Below are positions 58,225 to 64,000 of a stretch of DNA of 64,000 bases, one piece after another. Every line of letters starts with the position of its first letter. The stretch's first letter is position 1. The notes under the pieces are model-generated. The model saw only the letters and a program-made list of their open reading frames with translations, did no database searches and was not told the DNA's origin. Origin of the DNA: Gemmatimonadales bacterium (GTDB taxonomy: Bacteria > Gemmatimonadota > Gemmatimonadetes > Gemmatimonadales > GWC2-71-9); contig JBBCJC010000005.1 in the NCBI GenBank assembly GCA_037189525.1, forward strand, positions 960,001 through 1,024,000. The letters run 5' to 3'. The translations under genes were made by a program, and so were the position numbers.

Positions 58225-59831
58225 GAACCGGCTTTGAAACGGATCACGGAGGCCGATTGCACGTCCGGCAGGGCCATCAGCGTCTCCCGAAGCCCCGGCC
58301 CGCCGGGACCGTCCACCGAGATCACGGCCAGCGCCTGGCCACCCTCCGCCAAACGGGCCTGGTGATACTCGGCGATGTTGACACCCGCGCTGCCGAGCGC
58401 GGTACCCACATGGCCGATGACGCCCGGCACGTCGCGGTTGGTCAGCACGATCAGGGTTTCCCGCGGCGCCACATCGACGTGGAACGGCCCGACCCGAGTG
58501 AGGCGCATGGGAGCATCGAGCGGCGCGACCCCGCCGATCCGCATCTCCTGCCCATCGGCCACCACCACGACTTCCACTGCCCGAGGATGCACCGGCGCGG
58601 CATCCTCGGCCAAACCCAGCGTGACCCCGCGGGAGGCTGCCAGCGCGCGGGCATTGATCAGGTTGAGCCGGGATTCGTCGACGATGCCCTCCAGCACACC
58701 AAGCGCCGCCGCCGAGAGCAGCGTCGTACCGGCGGCGCTGAGGTCGGCGCCGCGCCGGACGGTGATCGACGCCACCGCGCGCGCCCCCCGATCGGCCAGC
58801 AGCGTGCGCGCTACGTCCGCAGCCCGACGGGCCAACTCGACCACCGGGCGCAGCTGGACCCAGTCGCCCGGCGGCATCGTGACATTCAGGGACCGGGAGA
58901 GGTCACCCCGGAGCAGCGCGTTCCGAACCCCTTCACAGGCATCGACCGCGACGTTCCGTTGCGCTTCCACCGTCGACGCCCCGATGTGCGGCGTCAGCAC
59001 GACGCGATCCATCACCTGCCAGGCGTGGTCACCCTGAACCGGCTCCGCCACGAAGACGTCGAGCACAGCGCCGCTCAGATGACCCCGGACAATGGCCTCC
59101 CGCAGCGCGTCGTCATCGACGATCCCGCCGCGAGCCAGGTTGGCCACGATCGCACCGCGCCGCAGCCGGGCCAGATCGGCGGCCCCGATCATCCCGGTGG
59201 TTTCCGCCGTAAGCGGCGTATGCACCGTCAGGATATCGGCCGCATCGCAGAGCGCAGCAAGCGTGGCGACCCGGGTCACGCCGAGCGTAATGAACCGGTC
59301 GTCGGACACATACGGATCATAGGCCAGCACCTTCATGCCGAAGGCCAGCGCCCGGGTGGCAATCGCCCCTCCGATCCGGCCCAGACCCACGATGCCCAGC
59401 GTCCGCCCGTTGAGCTCACTGCCGAGCAGCGCCGACCGATCCCATCGCCCCTCGTGCATCGACAGGTTGGCTCGAGTCAGGTGCCTGAGCAGGGTGAGCA
59501 TCGAGCCGAACCAGAGCTCCGCCACCGCCAGCGTATTACCGGCTGGCGCGTTGATGACGGCAATCCCGAGTTGCGTGGCGACATCCAGCGCCACGTTGTC
59601 GACACCTACACCGGCGCGCCCGATGACCTTGAGACGAGTGCCGGTGCGCAGCAGCGGTTCGGAGATCTTGGTGGCGCTCCGGCCGACGATGGCGTCGTAC
59701 TCCGGAATCCGGCGGAGCAGTTCGTCGGCAGGAAGGGTGGGTACTTCGTCGACGATGAAATCGTCGACGGCTCTGAGGAGGTCGACGCCTTCGCGGTCTA
59801 CCTCGTCGGTTACCAGGATGCGAAACGGCAT
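58221..59831 (-). CDS. serA: D-3-phosphoglycerate dehydrogenase (type I, ASB + ACT domains)
   Basis: 'GRAGVGVDNV', 'NAPAGNT.AVAE', 'GLGRIG', 'LTPHIGAST.EAQ', ACT 'NRDVPGVIG.VGT.LG..GVNI'. Confidence 0.93.
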   Translation of the reverse strand: MPFRILVTDEVDREGVDLLRAVDDFIVDEVPTLPADELLRRIPEYDAIVGRSATKISEPLLRTGTRLKVIGRAGVGVDNVALDVATQLGIAVINAPAGNTLAVAELWFGSMLTLLRHLTRANLSMHEGRWDRSALLGSELNGRTLGIVGLGRIGGAIATRALAFGMKVLAYDPYVSDDRFITLGVTRVATLAALCDAADILTVHTPLTAETTGMIGAADLARLRRGAIVANLARGGIVDDDALREAIVRGHLSGAVLDVFVAEPVQGDHAWQVMDRVVLTPHIGASTVEAQRNVAVDACEGVRNALLRGDLSRSLNVTMPPGDWVQLRPVVELARRAADVARTLLADRGARAVASITVRRGADLSAAGTTLLSAAALGVLEGIVDESRLNLINARALAASRGVTLGLAEDAAPVHPRAVEVVVVADGQEMRIGGVAPLDAPMRLTRVGPFHVDVAPRETLIVLTNRDVPGVIGHVGTALGSAGVNIAEYHQARLAEGGQALAVISVDGPGGPGLRETLMALPDVQSASVIRFKAGS

Positions 59832-59934
59832 ATCTCAATCTAACGGGAGGACCAGCCTCGCCCGGCGGCTACCGGAAGGTCCTTTCGCCCGACGCGAAAG
59901 ACGCGGGCGCTGTCGCAGCGCGCGCGATCCGAGG

Positions 59935-60498
59935 TCAACGCGACCGGCGGCGCGTGGCTGGCGCTGCCGTCGTGGACGCTCGTGACGCGTTCGTTCCGCT
60001 CGACCTTTGCGACTCGGCACAGACGGCTTCGTAGGCCGCCTGCAGCCTGCCAAAGACCGACTCGCGAGGCGCCGGCGCTCCCAGGTGGAGGTGCCGCAGT
60101 TCCTCCATGAACTCGGACCAGAGCTTCGGGCCTCCGTCCTCCAAGATTTTCGCGCGGATCGAGAGCTCTTTCGATGCCGGCGTGTGGCGCAGGCCCCAGC
60201 CGCCCATGTGGGCCAGCAACGGCACCAGGGCGATGGATGCTTCCGTGAGGCTGTAGATGACCTTCTGTTTGTGGCTGGGATCATCGCGACGGGAGACCAA
60301 TCCGGCTTTCTCCAGGCGCACCAGCCGGTCGGCCAGGATGTTCGAGGAAATCCGCTCCTCCGACCGGCTCAGCAGCTCGCGGAAGTGACGGCGGTTGCCG
60401 AACATCAGATCGCGGATCACGATCAGACTCCAGCGATCCCCCAGGGTCTCGAGCGTCAGATTGATCGGGCAGCCCGAACGTGGGTTGTCCATGCGCAT
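59935..60498 (-). CDS. HxlR family winged-helix regulator
   Basis: 'SGCPINLTLETLGDRWSLIVIRDL', 'ISSNILADRL', 'YSLTE'. Confidence 0.9.
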   Translation of the reverse strand: MRMDNPRSGCPINLTLETLGDRWSLIVIRDLMFGNRRHFRELLSRSEERISSNILADRLVRLEKAGLVSRRDDPSHKQKVIYSLTEASIALVPLLAHMGGWGLRHTPASKELSIRAKILEDGGPKLWSEFMEELRHLHLGAPAPRESVFGRLQAAYEAVCAESQRSSGTNASRASTTAAPATRRRSR

Positions 60499-60506
60499 AC
60501 CCCCAA

Positions 60507-60568
60507 AACCGGTTGCGATATGAGATCGGTTGATCTAACTTACAACCGGTTGCATTCTGCAATCAGAA
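60507..60568. promoter_or_regulatory. Two operator-like boxes between divergent hxlR and DHFR-like genes
   Basis: AACCGGTTGC at 60507 and 60544, each opening an imperfect inverted repeat (second: GGTTGCA-TTC-TGCAATC). Confidence 0.6.
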
Positions 60569-60601
60569 CTATGGGTGCACCGCACGAGGAAAGGAAGTGG
60601 T

Positions 60602-61132
60602 ATGGCCAAGCTCGTGTTCGGAATGAACCAGTCCCTGGACGGTTACGTCGACCATATGCGGTTTGAACCGAGCCCCAAGCTCTTCCGCCACTTCATCGAG
60701 GAGGCTCGGCAGCAGGCGGGCAGCGTCTACGGTCGCCAGATGTATGAGATCATGCGTTACTGGGACGAGGATTTTCCTGAATGGGGCCCAGAGGAACATG
60801 CCTTCGCGGCCGCGTGGCGGAACCAGCAGAAGTGGGTCGTCTCGCGCTCGTTGGAGTCGGTCGGTCCCAACGCCAGCCTCATCAAGGACGATCTCGAGGG
60901 CGCGATTCGCGCGCTCAAAGCCGAGCACGATGGAGAGATTGAAGTTGCCGGCCCGACCTTGGCGCACAGTCTCACCGAACTTGGCCTGATCGATGAGTAT
61001 CGCATCTACCTGCACCCCGTCGTGCTTGGCCACGGCACGCCATTTTTCGCCGGACCTCGGCCGCCGCTCCGTCTCATGACCCATGATCGGATCGACGAGG
61101 ATGTGCTCAGGTTGAGCTACGTTCCGGCGTGA
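60602..61132 (+). CDS. Dihydrofolate reductase-like (RibD C-terminal domain) protein
   Basis: 'SLDGYV', 'YGRQMYE', 'KWVVSRSL', 'GLIDEYRIYLHPVVLGHG.PFF'. Confidence 0.88.
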   Translation: MAKLVFGMNQSLDGYVDHMRFEPSPKLFRHFIEEARQQAGSVYGRQMYEIMRYWDEDFPEWGPEEHAFAAAWRNQQKWVVSRSLESVGPNASLIKDDLEGAIRALKAEHDGEIEVAGPTLAHSLTELGLIDEYRIYLHPVVLGHGTPFFAGPRPPLRLMTHDRIDEDVLRLSYVPA

Positions 61133-61181
61133 TCGCGCGACTCATCGGACAGACACCGCCTCGGGCCGACGGAGCCCGCTG

Positions 61182-62147
61182 CTATTCCGCGATATAACGC
61201 CAGGCAGCGCCCGGCGACTCTCGAGCCCAGATAGTAAAGAACGGAATGGGCGCGCTGCCCGGCTGGTGAGGTCGGATCATGCCGAAGGTAATGCCCAGGT
61301 CGCCGCTCGATGCCACGACAGCGCGATCGGCGTTCCACTCGACCGGGCTGGTACTCGTCGTGTCGCCGCCGCCCACGTGCGCACCGATCGCCTCTGCCCC
61401 GACCACGACCCCCGGAACACCCGGGCCGCCCAAGTTGATCGCGTCGGCCCTGCCCCAGCGAACGAAGGCGCGGCCCAGACCCGCCCGCTGCGCCTCGTCG
61501 GAAAACGCCTGCTCGGCCGCCGCGAGCGACACCGCAAGCTCCGCAAGACGAGCCGTATCGCGAATGGGCACCGCTCCAGACGGCGTGAACGACGGCATCC
61601 GCGTGGCATCGACCTCGCCTGCCATGCGCGGGCGGCGTTTCCAGGCCAGGACGCGCCAGCCCGACGTGTCACGCACCCAGTAGCTGAGATACTTGAGCGG
61701 GACACTGTCACCGCCGGCCTGGTGGAGCGTCATGTACCCGAAGGTGAAGCCGTGGAGTCCATCGCCGGAAACGCCGCCGCGAACCGGGATCCACGAGAGC
61801 CGCGCGCCCGCATGCGCAGGGTTGGCGCGCAGGCCGGCAAGGGCATGCTCGCGACCCTCGAGCCATCCCCGTCCGGGCACTGGCGTCATGACGCCAGCTG
61901 CGAAGATCGGCGGGATCGCGTCCACTACCTCGGTCCGAGCGCTCGCCGCGGCGAACGCTTCGTCCTGCCCCAGCAGCTCGACCACCGCGGTCACGGGGTC
62001 AGCCGGTTCGCCACCGCCTGCTCCGCATGCTGCGAACGCAACGAGCCCGGCACAGACGGCCACACGCCACGGCAACCGGACCCACAGCGCAAGATGCGCA
62101 CAAACGCTGCGACCACGCCCATGTCCGCCGCGGAGGCCACACCTCAT
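61182..62147 (-). CDS. Putative lipoprotein with two tandem NTF2-like (DUF4440-type) domains
   Basis: Lipobox-like FAAC; two repeats 'D.AF...W.P..G..S.DG..GFTFG...Y...W' and 'E.AF...W......ASSGDLG.TFG...FFTIW'. ATGA overlap; start uncertain. Confidence 0.7.
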   Translation of the reverse strand: MRCGLRGGHGRGRSVCAHLALWVRLPWRVAVCAGLVAFAACGAGGGEPADPVTAVVELLGQDEAFAAASARTEVVDAIPPIFAAGVMTPVPGRGWLEGREHALAGLRANPAHAGARLSWIPVRGGVSGDGLHGFTFGYMTLHQAGGDSVPLKYLSYWVRDTSGWRVLAWKRRPRMAGEVDATRMPSFTPSGAVPIRDTARLAELAVSLAAAEQAFSDEAQRAGLGRAFVRWGRADAINLGGPGVPGVVVGAEAIGAHVGGGDTTSTSPVEWNADRAVVASSGDLGITFGMIRPHQPGSAPIPFFTIWARESPGAAWRYIAE

Positions 62148-62887
62148 GGCAGCGCGATCTCGGTCATCTTCTGCACCTGGCCGTTCGGGAGAAACACCTC
62201 GCCCGCCACCATGTAGGGCGACTCCTCCACCAGGTACCAATTTGCGAGGTGACGCCCATCCGAAGCACGGTGTTCCTCGACCTTCCACGCCTGCCACTCT
62301 TTCCCTTCCACCATGGTCGGCACCTTGCCGATCACCGTGAAGATCCGCGTTTCCGCCGTGGGCATGTTAGGCCCCCAGATCGGCGCGATGATCACCTTGC
62401 CCGGCGTCATGCCAACCGCGAGCGGCACCAGATCCGACGCCGATGCAATGAAGCCGAGCCGTGGGATTTCCTGATCGACCTGGTGGACGGTCGTGTCCTT
62501 GGCCGATTTCCTGGTGCCCCGCATCCGTTTGCCGTCGATCGCAAGCGCAACCCGGTCGCCGTCACGCGTCTCGCGCCAAAAGCCCAAAGGCGTGAGGGTC
62601 CGCAGGTCGTAGGTCTGCCGGAGCACCGAGCCGGGCTGTCCGTTCGCATCGAAGCGGCCGAGTGTGACCCACCGCATCACTTTGCGGCCGGCCGAGTCAC
62701 CGATGGTGAGCTCGTTGGTCCACTCGTTGACGGGCGGCGTATCGGTGGACCCCAGGTGGACGCGAACCCGGGCACGATGCGGTTTGTAGACGCGGCCATC
62801 CACCGCAGGATCACCCACTTCGACCCGCACCGTATCGGCCGACGGCGCACCGAGCGCCCCGAGTGCCAGAACGAAGGCAGCAAGCAT
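62144..62887 (-). CDS. Secreted hypothetical protein (DUF3108-like beta-rich)
   Basis: Signal peptide, GGAG SD, ORF with typical codon usage. No catalytic motif recognised. Confidence 0.6.
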   Translation of the reverse strand: MLAAFVLALGALGAPSADTVRVEVGDPAVDGRVYKPHRARVRVHLGSTDTPPVNEWTNELTIGDSAGRKVMRWVTLGRFDANGQPGSVLRQTYDLRTLTPLGFWRETRDGDRVALAIDGKRMRGTRKSAKDTTVHQVDQEIPRLGFIASASDLVPLAVGMTPGKVIIAPIWGPNMPTAETRIFTVIGKVPTMVEGKEWQAWKVEEHRASDGRHLANWYLVEESPYMVAGEVFLPNGQVQKMTEIALP

Positions 62888-63044
62888 GATGGCTCCGAGA
62901 GGAGGGAGTCCTTCTCCCTACGCGACGATCCTGGGCCAGGATTCGACTTCGGTGTCATGGACGCCGCGAGTGGCCCGCCAGCCGGTCACTCGAAACCCGG
63001 CGCCTCCGGCTTCGTACGCTCTGGTATACCCGCCGGAGACCACC

Positions 63045-64000
63045 GTGATTGCTGCTCTGCGATATGTCGTCGCCGCTCTGACCGCCGCGCCAGCCGTTCC
63101 GCTAGCTGCCCATACGCCCGACCCTGACCTCGCCATCACCAACGTCACGGTGATTCCGATGACAGGAGCCGCCCCCATCACCGGCGCCACGGTGGTGGTG
63201 CGCGACGGCCGGATCGCCGCGGTCTCGACCGGCCGCACCACCGTTCCGCGCGATGCGCAGCTGATCGACGGGCGGGGCCGATTCCTGATCCCCGGCCTGA
63301 TCGACATGCACGCGCATCTCTATGCCGACGAGTGGGTGCCCGACTCGGTTGCTCCGTACGAGCTGGGCGTCTTCCTCGCCCACGGTGTCACCACTGCCCG
63401 GATGATGATCGGTACCCCAACGCACCTTCGTCTCCGTCGCGAGATCCAAACCGGCGAGCGGCTAGGCCCCACGCTCTTCGTCGCGTCGCCGCACGTGACG
63501 GGGCCTGGCGGCACCAATGCCCTGCCCGCTCGCACCGCGGACGATGCGCGGCGCGCCGTCCGTCACGCGGTCGACGCCGGCTACGATTTCCTCAAGGTTA
63601 CAACGGACATCACGCCCGAGGTCTACGATGTGCTGGTAGCGGAGTCCGGCAAGCTGGGCATCCGCATGGTCGGGCATGTCGATCCGAGAGTCGGCGTCGC
63701 GCGGGCGCTGGCTGCGGGGCAGGAGATCGAACACTTCGACAATTACATGGAGGCAGCACTCGCCGACTCGGCGCCGATGAAGACTTCGGTGTCCGACGTC
63801 GCGGCATATCGGGCCGCTAACTGGCGCTCGCTCGAGTACATCGACCTGCGCAAGATCGATGCGCTTGCCGGGGCTACGGCGCGGGCCGGCGTGTTTATCA
63901 CGCCGACGACGGCATTCTTCATCTCGTGGTTCGCGACCGAGTACACTGACGCCGAGATCGAGGCTCGGCCCGATTACCCCCACATCCCGCCCGCCATGCG
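63045..64000 (+). CDS. Secreted amidohydrolase, truncated by the window end, not in the ORF track
   Basis: GTG after GGAG. Hand translation gives 'AITNVTVIPM...VVVRDGRI...IDGRGRFLIPGLIDMHAH...GVTTAR...GYDFLK...VGH...IEH'. Confidence 0.85.
   Translation, partial: MIAALRYVVAALTAAPAVPLAAHTPDPDLAITNVTVIPMTGAAPITGATVVVRDGRIAAVSTGRTTVPRDAQLIDGRGRFLIPGLIDMHAHLYADEWVPDSVAPYELGVFLAHGVTTARMMIGTPTHLRLRREIQTGERLGPTLFVASPHVTGPGGTNALPARTADDARRAVRHAVDAGYDFLKVTTDITPEVYDVLVAESGKLGIRMVGHVDPRVGVARALAAGQEIEHFDNYMEAALADSAPMKTSVSDVAAYRAANWRSLEYIDLRKIDALAGATARAGVFITPTTAFFISWFATEYTDAEIEARPDYPHIPPAM

Overview
GC-rich bacterial chromosomal window with about 58 densely packed protein genes. The SusC/SusD pair, carboxypeptidase-regulatory-domain proteins and many secreted peptidases and amidohydrolases suggest Gemmatimonadota; this is an inference, not a search result. 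I found no rRNA, tRNA, CRISPR array, transposase or prophage. Main content: a VapBC-type toxin-antitoxin pair with a clear promoter/operator; a TetR/MFS/MDR-reductase/acyl-CoA-ligase cluster; korAB; a rhomboid protease; proline dehydrogenase-DinB; SusC/SusD; prfC; an FprA-serine hydrolase-TauE-dipeptidase-PlsC run; a STAND ATPase-TPR-SARP regulator; a complete chemosensory operon; S9, M14 and M19 peptidases; ypdA; serA coupled to an FAD oxidase; and an HxlR/DHFR-like pair. Best candidates for something new: (1) a chemosensory system combining a MshEN-like insert in CheA, a soluble Aer2-type heme-PAS receptor translationally coupled to a His-rich DUF420-like membrane protein, and two CheX-type proteins, with a FliA-like promoter at its head; (2) a catalytically dead mini alpha/beta-hydrolase followed by a reverse-order AfsR-like STAND regulator, preceded by a SARP-type direct-repeat promoter; (3) a promoter/leaderless Cys-Cys sORF/hairpin/terminator leader upstream of susC. 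All calls come from reading motifs by eye; no database searches were run.
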